This document shows, piece after piece, positions 55,369 to 63,998 of a stretch of 64,000 nt of DNA; within the stretch, counting starts at the first letter, position 1, and each line of letters begins with the position of its first letter. The notes under the pieces are model-generated. The model did not search any database and was not told the origin of the DNA. It saw only the letters and a list, made by a program, of their open reading frames with translations. The stretch is from a virus. Taxonomy: Duplodnaviria; Caudoviricetes. Position numbers and translations under genes: made by a program. The stretch covers positions 1 through 64,000 of the IMG/VR virus record IMGVR_UViG_3300046467_000865; one strand, 5' to 3'.

Positions 55369-56431
55369 TAATGATCTCCTTTGCTGTATTGTTCCAAGAA
55401 AATTTTTCGGCTGTTTTTATACATTCTTTGTTAGCAAGGAGGTCACCCCTTTGCTTGGCTCTGTGTATAGCATTCATGTAGAAAGCTATCTCTTTAACCT
55501 GTTTGTCTCCAACTTTAGCCCATTGTCCTTGACCAAAGAACCACTTTTCGTCAACTGCATCTTCTTTTTCATCCGTGTATATAAGCATAGAATTATCTTT
55601 GGTGCAAAATTCAGTATGGCCAGAATAGTTGGTGGCAATAACGTGTTTGCCGCAAGACATCAGTTCTAACAATTCTAGGTTCCAACCTTCTGCTCTAGAC
55701 GGAAAAACACCACAGTCTACTTGTCTCATTATATTATACACATCTTTTTGACTGCTTTGCCTAGGAATTATTCTAATCTTGTTGCCCATGGGGGAGTTTT
55801 TGTACAGATCTTCCCAATATTTATTTTCCTCGTCTGAGTAAAAAGGATTGTTGCACATCATCCACAACTCAACGTCGTCCTCAGTAGAAAAAGCCCTGTT
55901 AAAAGCTTCGACTAGAATATCGTGACCTTTTCTGACTTCCCATTTTCCACAGTTAAAAAACACGGTCTCAGATCTAGAAGACACATCCGTTCTAAATATA
56001 TCTCTATCTACGCCTAGGGGGGCTACAGAGACTGGTGGACAATTAGGCAACGAGTTTAGGCAGACTTCTTTTGCCCATTCGGAGCAGACAAGTATCTTAT
56101 CCAAGCTGCTCAGGTGGTGGGATTCTACGGTTGTGAATTTGTCTAGCTCAAAAATAGGGAACCCGATCTTTTTACCCCTGCCCACAAACTGGCTCATATC
56201 ATGTTGATGCCAGATCCGTAGACAAGGTGCGTTAAAATCAGGCAATTCAGACCTTCTGACACACTCTTTGATTTGTTCTACATGGACGTTGTCAATCTCC
56301 GGTTGTCCTATGGGCCACAGCGAAACTTCCAACAGCTTATTTAGTTCTAGAACTATATTTAGACCCGCAACGCCGTAACCCAGTTGGTTTAGAGGTGATA
56401 TTATGTTAATAGCTTTATCTTGCTTCATCAT
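55352..56431 (-). CDS. GT4 glycosyltransferase
   Basis: GYGVAG, APLGVD, GKWEVRKG, PSRAEGWNLELLELMSCG. Confidence 0.85.
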   Translation of the reverse strand: MMKQDKAINIISPLNQLGYGVAGLNIVLELNKLLEVSLWPIGQPEIDNVHVEQIKECVRRSELPDFNAPCLRIWHQHDMSQFVGRGKKIGFPIFELDKFTTVESHHLSSLDKILVCSEWAKEVCLNSLPNCPPVSVAPLGVDRDIFRTDVSSRSETVFFNCGKWEVRKGHDILVEAFNRAFSTEDDVELWMMCNNPFYSDEENKYWEDLYKNSPMGNKIRIIPRQSSQKDVYNIMRQVDCGVFPSRAEGWNLELLELMSCGKHVIATNYSGHTEFCTKDNSMLIYTDEKEDAVDEKWFFGQGQWAKVGDKQVKEIAFYMNAIHRAKQRGDLLANKECIKTAEKFSWNNTAKEIINAVST

Positions 56432-56639
56432 CCATAGACTTCCGTATAAAATCCCAATCTATATTATTAACTATGGCTTGGGTGCAAGAACCCATGAAAG
56501 GATGAGCATTTTTAGATTCTACAGCTAGTAAGCCAGCGTGTTTTTTAAGCTGTTCCAAATTGTAACTCGTATTAATTTTAGCCTCTTCGCAATAATCTTC
56601 AAATATTCGGGTGGCCATATTAGGATACGCCTTCATCAA
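56415..56639 (-). CDS. Hypothetical protein (74 aa)
   Basis: Coupled ORF. Confidence 0.48.
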   Translation of the reverse strand: MMKAYPNMATRIFEDYCEEAKINTSYNLEQLKKHAGLLAVESKNAHPFMGSCTQAIVNNIDWDFIRKSMDDEAR

Positions 56640-57582
56640 ATGACCTCCTTATTATGTTTTTCCAATAAGATAATTTAGACTTGTCAAGATTAAATTCCAA
56701 TTTTTCAAGTTCTTTATGACGTTCTTTCAGAAACTCTAGACTCAACTGACCCCAGTCTTGTATCGTCAATATCGGAAGACCTGACAAGTATTTAACCATT
56801 GGGCAATCAATAACTATGGGTATTGAACCCAAGTAAATAGATTCTAGTATTCGATAACAATCAAGACCATTTCCAAAAGGACACGCCACAAAAACGTGAC
56901 TCGCCAAGTCTTTAAAATAATCGAGTGTGTCTCTTTCAGGTTTTGTGTAATATGTAACCCAGTCAAAATCATTGCGCTCAAAGTAATTTTTTAAGTGCAT
57001 TCTTTCGTTTGTGTAGTTTTGCCAATTTATATATAGCCAATTTTTTCTATCTTCGAAAGAGACTAAGTCAGTGTTGAATATATCGTTTGTAGAAGCAGTC
57101 CCGACGCCTATCGGTATGCCCTGAATTTTATTTTGTATTACTTGAGGATTTACAACAAACCATTTAATGATATTATCTGGTATCTTGTCGAATGTGGCGT
57201 TCGTAAAAGAATACATTTTTACAGAGTAGACATCATCTATGTTGCAATTCTCTATATTACATCTTGGGCCAATCTTTAGAGATTGGTATCCAATTTTTAA
57301 TATCTCTTCTTCCAAAAACGGCAACCATTTTAGCATATCGTTCGCAACCGGGTGCTCTTTTTGGTACGCCGGTCCAGAATCACTGAAGCCGCTGACTACT
57401 ACATATTTATTATCGGTTAATTTACACTTGTCGAAAAACTTTGTTATGTGTTCTATATTACAATACACCACACCAGAAGGTGGTATTTGTCCTTCTTCTG
57501 GGTAGTCGTACTCATAATTGCAATCTCCTATACTCATCCAAGACTTACAATTAATTATGTCTAATTTATCTATCAGGGACAT
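56620..57582 (-). CDS. Exostosin/GT47-like glycosyltransferase
   Basis: LYINW..TNER, FVACPFGNGLDCYRILES.YLGSIPIV. Confidence 0.68.
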   Translation of the reverse strand: MSLIDKLDIINCKSWMSIGDCNYEYDYPEEGQIPPSGVVYCNIEHITKFFDKCKLTDNKYVVVSGFSDSGPAYQKEHPVANDMLKWLPFLEEEILKIGYQSLKIGPRCNIENCNIDDVYSVKMYSFTNATFDKIPDNIIKWFVVNPQVIQNKIQGIPIGVGTASTNDIFNTDLVSFEDRKNWLYINWQNYTNERMHLKNYFERNDFDWVTYYTKPERDTLDYFKDLASHVFVACPFGNGLDCYRILESIYLGSIPIVIDCPMVKYLSGLPILTIQDWGQLSLEFLKERHKELEKLEFNLDKSKLSYWKNIIRRSFDEGVS

Positions 57583-59086
57583 CTATTCCTACCCCTCCAA
57601 ACAGTGTCATTGTATCCATACAAAAGACAGGTCTCTCTGTTCTTTTATATATCTCGGCGGCTTGTGCGTGTTCGCTTTCTACAAAAAGGGCCGCTTCTGG
57701 ACATCGGTAATAAGCTTCCGCTTTCCATTTGCCAAAACCTTCGTTGGAGAGTCTTTCTTCTACGGAGTCGTATGGACTCATGATTAGCTGCTTATATTTA
57801 ATCTTGTGTAGAGCCAACCAGTCCTCGGTAATATCTCTATATTTTTCAAGTCTAGCGGTTACAATTTTCATCAATGGGTATTGAGGAACGTAAACCGTTG
57901 GCTCAACTGTTTTCAAATGCTCTACATAGTCTGCGCTGCCATCTACTATAGTCCCGTCAAAGTCTGGGCAGAGAACTCCGTCTAGATCGCAAAGGTATGC
58001 CCCGCACTGAGGGTCTCTCAGAAAGCTCCATTCCCACGAATGGTAGATTGTCGGCAAAATCCCGTAGAAAAAATCTACATCATCTTTTCTATCTTCGTTG
58101 ATATACATCAACCCGTAAACAAACTTTCCCTTGTTTTTGAGATATGATTTAGTTCTCTTAAGAGAGGAGCCACTCCAGCAAGTATCATCAACGACGAGTA
58201 TCGGGCCAGTGGGTTTATATATCGGTCTAGATATACTTGGCCTCCAACAGAAGTTGTTGTGTAGAATTCCGTCTACGGTGACAAGTGGTATGTTGCGATA
58301 TTCAGAAATAATAGACGCTATAAAAGATCCGCTTCGTGGTATGCCACAAACAGCACTTACTTCTGGAATATCTTTACACCAGTCTTTTATATCCTTGATC
58401 ACACCTGCATAAGACTTGTATACGAATTGATGAGTGCCATCGTCAAAAGGGGCTTTAAAATTAAGATCAATCAATTCATTGACTGGCCTTGTTTCGTCCA
58501 CAGACCTGCAAATAAATTGAGCATGATTCTCACTTGGGTATTTTGATTTTGCAAATTGATATATATTACAATCTTCCATTACTATTTCGAAGTTAGGATC
58601 ATCTTGTATTATTTTAGCAACATTTTCGTGTTCAGGACCATCAATATAACATCTAGTTGTTATATATAACGTAGAAGTAATTTTTCGCATGTCTTCAAGA
58701 AACTTCTTAACTGCTTCTGCACTGTCCATAGTCTGAAACACGAATGAAGCGATGACCATGTCGTATTTATTTTGTTGAATTGTAGACCAATCACTCGTTA
58801 ACAAATCAATGTCTTCTTTACACAATTCTTCACATCTACCCACAATGGATTCCAAGTCATAGCCATGAAGCTCTGTGCTGAATCCTTTGAAATACTTGAA
58901 GTGTCTACCAATGCCGCATCCAAAATCTAGTATTTTGTATTTTCTACCTTTGACATCGATTAAATCTAACGGGGTGTGGGGTAGAGCCTCTGCCTCTCCG
59001 TGTCCGGTCAGAATACACTCTTTTAACTCTACGTCGTTGGTGTCTAGGCCTACTTGCTCCCACCGTTCGTTATTAAGATAATCCAT
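57566..59086 (-). CDS. Methyltransferase - phosphoribosyltransferase - HAD triple fusion
   Basis: ILDFGCGIGR (MTase); GIPRSG and ILVVDDTCWSGSS (PRTase PRPP loop); LCDLDGVL and IVTAR (HAD). Confidence 0.72.
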   Translation of the reverse strand: MDYLNNERWEQVGLDTNDVELKECILTGHGEAEALPHTPLDLIDVKGRKYKILDFGCGIGRHFKYFKGFSTELHGYDLESIVGRCEELCKEDIDLLTSDWSTIQQNKYDMVIASFVFQTMDSAEAVKKFLEDMRKITSTLYITTRCYIDGPEHENVAKIIQDDPNFEIVMEDCNIYQFAKSKYPSENHAQFICRSVDETRPVNELIDLNFKAPFDDGTHQFVYKSYAGVIKDIKDWCKDIPEVSAVCGIPRSGSFIASIISEYRNIPLVTVDGILHNNFCWRPSISRPIYKPTGPILVVDDTCWSGSSLKRTKSYLKNKGKFVYGLMYINEDRKDDVDFFYGILPTIYHSWEWSFLRDPQCGAYLCDLDGVLCPDFDGTIVDGSADYVEHLKTVEPTVYVPQYPLMKIVTARLEKYRDITEDWLALHKIKYKQLIMSPYDSVEERLSNEGFGKWKAEAYYRCPEAALFVESEHAQAAEIYKRTERPVFCMDTMTLFGGVGIDVPDR

Positions 59087-59408
59087 TTTTTCTTTTCATC
59101 TCGTTTTGAACATATATACAGGGTGAACCATCACATATTTCGTGTATCTTTTCATTCAGAATATGTTTTCTCAAGTCCTTAATTCTCGCACCGTCCCATA
59201 TTTCTTCTAGATCATTATCGTGTAGGTTGCCCAAAGACCCCGTACTCCAGCAACACGGTCTCACCTCTCCGTCAGCTAGTACCTGTACGGTATGCCAAGG
59301 GTATCTGCAATCTTTATAGATTAAATCTTCCTCTACCTTATCTGATTTCACGGGTTGCGATTTGTCCAAATTCGTATCCGATGAAATCCCATTCTCTTTC
59401 TTGTGCAT
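59073..59408 (-). CDS. Stand-alone SPASM/twitch Fe-S domain
   Basis: CRYPW..V.ADGEVRPCC...GNL...LEEIWDG...C..SPC. Confidence 0.75.
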   Translation of the reverse strand: MHKKENGISSDTNLDKSQPVKSDKVEEDLIYKDCRYPWHTVQVLADGEVRPCCWSTGSLGNLHDNDLEEIWDGARIKDLRKHILNEKIHEICDGSPCIYVQNEMKRKNGLS

Positions 59409-60105
59409 ATACTTTAGCTTCTCTTATTTTTTGATTATAAGTGAACTCATAATCCCACAAACCCTGCTCTTCATAAATAAAAGTCCAATCTCCATAATCT
59501 CTGTTGTAATGCTGATTGGCTTCTCCCCAATTGTTCATGGGCCATACTTTTACTGTGTCACATCCAAGCTTCCCGATAGTCAAATCCATGAAGTCTATTA
59601 TCTGATGAATATTTTCTTTCATAAGCGTCATGTTGGTGTAGACCACTGGGTATTTTTGTTTCCTAGATTTTTTTTGATCTACGAAGTTGGCTAAATTGTT
59701 CAGGACAGTATCAAAATCATACATTCTTATCTTTTTATACGTCTCTTTGTCGGCTGCGTCTAAAGAAACATTCAATACTTTCAAGTTTGAATTCAGGAGA
59801 TCGTCAATCATCTGATCCGTTAAGATTGTTAGGTTTGTGTTGACATCGGCCCAGCAATTTTTGGGTATGTGTTGGAGAAGTTTCCAGAAAGAGGAACTTA
59901 TCAAAGGCTCTCCTATTCCATGAAGCTGGACAGCTTGCAGGGTCTTCATCATAGGAATAATTTTGTCTATTAAATCGTCTTCTAGAAACTTAGGTCTTTT
60001 TACAGCGTGTTCATTGTCGCGCGGCAAAGACTGTGGGCACATCACACATTTGAGATTGCATTTAGAAGCCGTCTCTATTATCATGTTAATGGGAAGATTA
60101 GACAT
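59338..60105 (-). CDS. Radical SAM enzyme
   Basis: CNLKCVMC, LHGIGEPL, NTN, NVSLDAA..ETYKKIR. Confidence 0.9.
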   Translation of the reverse strand: MSNLPINMIIETASKCNLKCVMCPQSLPRDNEHAVKRPKFLEDDLIDKIIPMMKTLQAVQLHGIGEPLISSSFWKLLQHIPKNCWADVNTNLTILTDQMIDDLLNSNLKVLNVSLDAADKETYKKIRMYDFDTVLNNLANFVDQKKSRKQKYPVVYTNMTLMKENIHQIIDFMDLTIGKLGCDTVKVWPMNNWGEANQHYNRDYGDWTFIYEEQGLWDYEFTYNQKIREAKVYAQEREWDFIGYEFGQIATREIR

Positions 60106-60109
60106 CGGT

Positions 60110-60991
60110 TTAAATCATAGTATAGTGAACGTTAGAATACAGGGCTATCTGGCTGGGGTTTAGATAAATATCGTCTATTCCAACATCCAACATCCTGCTG
60201 TGTAACTCTACATGGTCACAGTCTGGGCCTGAATATCTAGCGTCATGCCGAAAAGCAGAGTGCTTATACAATGCTAACCCCCCAAAGCATGACAGAACTC
60301 TAAAGGGTTCTTCACCCCTGTTGTAGGTCAAGGCGTTTATCTCAGAACTTACGTGTTGTTCGGGGTGGCCTATTCTTCTAAAGGCAAGCGAATCATAATA
60401 AACCCTAATCATGGAGGGGCTTCCATCTTCGTCTTTCAGAGATGGCGACAGTCCATATAAAAGCCCATTAGATCCCATTGCGCTCCAGTTGTCATACCCA
60501 AAGCTGTTGCATATTCCTTCGTAGCTCCACCCCCCTTTTAGATCTAAATCAGCCACTATAATATAGTCTGAGGATACAGATCTGCTAAATATTTCTGCTA
60601 AATATTTATTTCTATAGTTTGCTAGCGCAACTAACCTGTCGACATCCGTGCTTGACTTATGTTTTTTATCCCCTAGTTTTTCACTCAAGATTTTCACATT
60701 GTAATTTTTGTCTTCCCACTGTCTCAATAATATATCGGTATTATCAGTTGAATCATTCTCATATATAACAACCCTATAATCATCAAACATCTTGCCCAAA
60801 CGCTCAATTCTGGCTATGTTCGCCATAATATTTTTAGATATATCTCTAGCTATACCACAAATTACAACGGTAGACTCGCTCATCTTCTGTCTACCTAGTA
60901 TTACCTTTGCGTTGTATTCCTCTTGATTCTCCTGACTACATGGATACAGGGATTCTGGAAATTTAGATATATACCACTTAAGTGCATTCAT
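60110..60991 (-). CDS. GT-A glycosyltransferase (CAP59/GT69-like)
   Basis: CGIARD, YENDSTD, LANYRNKYL, DLD, SCFGGLALY. Confidence 0.65.
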   Translation of the reverse strand: MNALKWYISKFPESLYPCSQENQEEYNAKVILGRQKMSESTVVICGIARDISKNIMANIARIERLGKMFDDYRVVIYENDSTDNTDILLRQWEDKNYNVKILSEKLGDKKHKSSTDVDRLVALANYRNKYLAEIFSRSVSSDYIIVADLDLKGGWSYEGICNSFGYDNWSAMGSNGLLYGLSPSLKDEDGSPSMIRVYYDSLAFRRIGHPEQHVSSEINALTYNRGEEPFRVLSCFGGLALYKHSAFRHDARYSGPDCDHVELHSRMLDVGIDDIYLNPSQIALYSNVHYTMI

Positions 60992-61311
60992 ACGCTAAAG
61001 CTCGTTCCACATCCGCAACCTCCAGTTGCATTTGGGTTGTCAAACTTAAACCCCCTCTTCATAATATCTTCAATCCAGTCAACTGTGCAGCCGTCAATAA
61101 ATGGCTCACCCTTTTTATCTACGACAAACGAAACCTCTTTTTGTTTGTATTTAGAAAAAGTATCATCAACTTCTTCTTCTTCAATGAAGCCCATCTTGTA
61201 TTCAAAGCCGCTGCACCCACCACCCGCAACGCCTATACGTAAAACTGCGGTTGGATGACCTTCACCAAACTCTTGAACTTTTTCTAACGCCGCGTCTGTA
61301 AATGTTATCAT
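60988..61311 (-). CDS. HesB/IscA Fe-S cluster assembly accessory protein
   Basis: ITFTDAA, GGGCSG.EY, F.NPNA.GGCGCGTSF. Confidence 0.93.
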   Translation of the reverse strand: MITFTDAALEKVQEFGEGHPTAVLRIGVAGGGCSGFEYKMGFIEEEEVDDTFSKYKQKEVSFVVDKKGEPFIDGCTVDWIEDIMKRGFKFDNPNATGGCGCGTSFSV

Positions 61312-62549
61312 AGAATAATCCTTGCCTTCTCGTCAATGAAATATCTGGGACGACCGGCAAAGTCGGTCTTTTGAATTTGTGGATCAATACCAAAATGGTT
61401 GAATAGAGTAGCTGTTACATCCATCGGCCCGAAGGCTTCTGTCTTAGGTCTTTCGGCGTTAGGCGTTGACTCACCAATCGCCCTACCCATATCAAAATCA
61501 CCACCTGAGAGCATGAGAGGGCTTAATTGGGGCCAGTGATCTCGCCCACCATTTTTATTAATACGATAAGTACGACCAAACTCGCCGGTAACAACAAGCA
61601 ATACATCCTTCTGCATCCCCTTGGCGTGAAGGTCGTCTATAAGAGTGGACAAGGCGTGGTCAAGCGGCGGAACCTTGTTATGCAAAGACTTTGAGATGTT
61701 ACTGTGCATATCCCAACCGCCATAATGTAGCGTAACAAACTTAGTGCCGTTTTCAACCAACCTTCTGGCCAATAGCAGTTGAGAGCCTATTCCGGCCTCT
61801 CCGTAACTATTGCGAGTCGCTTCTGGTTCGTTCTTCAGGTCAAACGCTTCGCTAGCCTTTCCTAAGATTAAACTGTACGATTGCTTTCTTAGGTCTCCCC
61901 AAGTTTCAAGATCGTTTGTTAGCTTGAGCCTGTCAAAGCTACCGACTAAATCTTTACGCTCAACAAACCGGCCACCTTCGATCCGCGCCTTAAGGTTGTC
62001 AACACCTTCTCCTTTGGCCTCGTAGGGCTTGTGCTGACCTCCTAGCCACGCTGGACCGTCGAAGCTGATCCCGTTGATCCTGACGTAGCTTGGCATCCCT
62101 GAGAGGGGATGGTTTGGCCCATACAGGGAAGACAGAACAGAGCCGTAAGACGGTTCTTCCTGCATGGATTGTGGAGTGTTGTCAGTTGAATTATGCCCTG
62201 TCATAACCCAGTGCGTGCCGGTTCTATGACTAGCATTTCTGTGAGTAAACGATCTGACTACAGAAATCTTATCTGACCTAGTGGCCAACCTTAGAAAATC
62301 CCCACCTATGAGGAAGTCTCCGTTAGTCATTATAGAACCGTTTATAGCTTTGATGCCTTCTGGAGCCATAGGCTTCGGATCGAAGGTCTCAACTTGTGTT
62401 GCGCCGCCACCCAGCCAGACCCAGATGACAGACTTATCGTTAACAGGCATTGAGTCTGCGTGGGCGTCTGATAGCCCCATAGAAGAAAGCCCAGCACCCA
62501 CTGCGCCAATCTTCATGAAGTCTCTTCTATTGAATTGAACGTGTAGCAT
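61308..62549 (-). CDS. DUF1501 (sulfatase-like, Planctomycete-type) protein with Tat-like signal
   Basis: RRDFMK signal; WLGGG..QVETFDPKP; CLLARRLVE-like QLLLARRLVE; GWDMH; GEFGRT; GRDHW; start at ATG 62549 with AAGGAG SD. Confidence 0.88.
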   Translation of the reverse strand: MLHVQFNRRDFMKIGAVGAGLSSMGLSDAHADSMPVNDKSVIWVWLGGGATQVETFDPKPMAPEGIKAINGSIMTNGDFLIGGDFLRLATRSDKISVVRSFTHRNASHRTGTHWVMTGHNSTDNTPQSMQEEPSYGSVLSSLYGPNHPLSGMPSYVRINGISFDGPAWLGGQHKPYEAKGEGVDNLKARIEGGRFVERKDLVGSFDRLKLTNDLETWGDLRKQSYSLILGKASEAFDLKNEPEATRNSYGEAGIGSQLLLARRLVENGTKFVTLHYGGWDMHSNISKSLHNKVPPLDHALSTLIDDLHAKGMQKDVLLVVTGEFGRTYRINKNGGRDHWPQLSPLMLSGGDFDMGRAIGESTPNAERPKTEAFGPMDVTATLFNHFGIDPQIQKTDFAGRPRYFIDEKARIIL

Positions 62550-62629
62550 TGTTGTTCTCCTTTTCACTCGGTCTCAGAAATGATCAGACTACGAGTATTA
62601 CAAGCGGGAAAGTTTTGAAAAGACAAGTC

Positions 62630-62866
62630 TCACTTCTTGAAGAATGTTAATCTATCGCCTTTACATCTACTGGGATCTGCTAATCCTGAATCTAATCTTT
62701 TCCTGTCTGTTGTATAATACCCATGTTCGTCCTCAAGGACAACCCTTTGGCCGTCATTTAGTTCGCCTGTTTTTTCTTCGTCGATCATGGACGAGTGGCT
62801 ACCAAATCTGGTTGGGTAATCGTAGGATTCCTGTTTGATCGGAACGTGTCTTTTATATTTAGCCAT
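62630..62866 (-). CDS. Hypothetical protein (78 aa), probably leaderless
   Basis: ATG 5 nt after TATAAT, no SD. Confidence 0.55.
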   Translation of the reverse strand: MAKYKRHVPIKQESYDYPTRFGSHSSMIDEEKTGELNDGQRVVLEDEHGYYTTDRKRLDSGLADPSRCKGDRLTFFKK

Positions 62867-62869
62867 AGT

Positions 62870-62878
62870 ATATTATAC
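62870..62878 (-). promoter_or_regulatory. Putative promoter -10 element GTATAATAT
   Basis: Contains the TAA stop of the upstream gene. Confidence 0.58.
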
Positions 62879-63421
62879 TCCGTATACCTTGTTAAAGTCG
62901 AAAAATCTCCACCTATTGTAGTGTTCAACTACTGAGTTGTGATTTACATGATATAGATAGTCCATTAGCTGAAACCAGTTAGCAAATACCATCTCATGTG
63001 GAAGAACTCCGAACATCCAGTTCGGCAGTTTTTCTTTCCCCCCCACACACCTTATTAACACTGGCTTTTTCTGTCCTAGGGCTACAAACATTTCGTGGTA
63101 CGACCCACACATATGAATGTCTAAATCAAGATTGACAATAAGGAAATGCGCTATGTCAACCATTCTAAGGTCAACAGCGCATATTGGTTTCATTATATTC
63201 GATACAGAATCAAAGTTTCCCGCCTCCTTATAGGAATCAATCTTTTGTCTAGTGTTGTCGTCTTCCGTTGCATAGTTACTTGGCTTATCGCATGGGTCTA
63301 ACACCCCTACCCCAAGGTCTTTTAATTGCGGGGTTATGTCCTGCCTCCACTTAATACCACCGTCACTAACCCTGTCCATTGGGCCACACAAATAACACGT
63401 CATTCCTTTAAGCCTGTTCAT
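62873..63421 (-). CDS. Nucleoside 2-deoxyribosyltransferase-like protein
   Basis: CYLCGPM, WRQDI, VLDP, DLRMVD, GS.HEM; start moved to ATG 63421 (GGAGGTG SD) downstream of the terminator. Confidence 0.68.
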   Translation of the reverse strand: MNRLKGMTCYLCGPMDRVSDGGIKWRQDITPQLKDLGVGVLDPCDKPSNYATEDDNTRQKIDSYKEAGNFDSVSNIMKPICAVDLRMVDIAHFLIVNLDLDIHMCGSYHEMFVALGQKKPVLIRCVGGKEKLPNWMFGVLPHEMVFANWFQLMDYLYHVNHNSVVEHYNRWRFFDFNKVYGV

Positions 63422-63438
63422 AACATTCACCTCCACAT

Positions 63439-63472
63439 AAAAAGAAAGGGTGGGAGAAAACTCCCACCCTTT
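63439..63472 (-). terminator. Intrinsic terminator
   Basis: Perfect inverted repeat AAAGGGTGGGAG-TTTT-CTCCCACCCTTT followed by CTTTTAT. Confidence 0.85.
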
Positions 63473-63479
63473 CAATGTT

Positions 63480-63875
63480 TTAAGAGTGTTTTTTATATAC
63501 GTCTTTAATTAGACGTTCCACACTCTCGTATCTTTCTTTAGCAGCCAATTCTTTAACTACAGATTCAACCTCTTTCTTTGCATGTCCTAAACTTCTCAAA
63601 AGTGAGATAGCATCTTCAATTATTTCTGAAGCAGTAAGGATGAGAACTTCTGCTTCCGGTTCTGGTTCTGGTTCCGGCTTTGCTTCCGGTTTTGGTTTAG
63701 ACCTCTTTCTCTTCTTTTTCTTTTTCTTTGGTTTTAATTTAATGGAAACTGCAACAGTCTCTTGTTGCGTAGGTGATTTAAGTTTTGGAAGTATACCACA
63801 CAAACACCCAATACCAAACGCTATGTAGATTATGGCTGCTACAGTATAGGTAGAATCAGTCCATTCAAGATCCAC
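63480..63875 (-). CDS. Membrane-anchored protein with Lys/Pro-Glu linker and RuvA C-terminal-like domain
   Basis: N-terminal TM; KPKKKKKKRK; PEAKPEPEPEPEAE; EDAISLLRSLGHAKKEVESVVK. Confidence 0.6.
   Translation of the reverse strand: MDLEWTDSTYTVAAIIYIAFGIGCLCGILPKLKSPTQQETVAVSIKLKPKKKKKKRKRSKPKPEAKPEPEPEPEAEVLILTASEIIEDAISLLRSLGHAKKEVESVVKELAAKERYESVERLIKDVYKKHS
63651..63735 (+). repeat. Low-complexity coding repeat (Pro-Glu and poly-Lys codons)
   Basis: tgcttccggt twice plus (ggttct)n and ttc/ttt runs. Confidence 0.7.
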
Positions 63876-63998
63876 TTAAATATCACCATCTCCATCCAAA
63901 TAATCCTGCTCGTCCCTTTCTTCCGTGTCGGTAACACCCATAAGGTTATTCATGAATTCAGTAAACTCACCTTCAGTCCATGCTTGGCCATCTTCTCC
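63876..63998 (-). CDS. C-terminal fragment of an acidic protein (continues off the right edge)
   Basis: Open frame ...WTEGEFTEFMNNLMGVTDTEERDEQDYLDGDGDI-stop abutting the next start. Confidence 0.5.
   Translation of the reverse strand, partial: GEDGQAWTEGEFTEFMNNLMGVTDTEERDEQDYLDGDGDI

Noticed and set aside
55731-55739. Fifth GTATAATAT copy as a promoter
   Set aside because: Lies inside the GT4 CDS (codons V-Y-N-I); about one chance copy is expected
59073-62549. rSAM/SPASM as a sulfatase maturase for DUF1501
   Set aside because: The DUF1501 copy lacks the C/S-x-P-x-R target motif; the rSAM context is glycan-related
21530-63475. ORF-track starts at 23167, 37302, 50055, 55012, 62567 and 63475
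   Set aside because: They extend into upstream genes or through a terminator; downstream ATGs with SD or ATGA/TAATG coupling fit better
63640-63828. Plus-strand Gly-Ser repeat ORF
   Set aside because: Antisense read-out of the Pro-Glu/poly-Lys codons of 63480..63875
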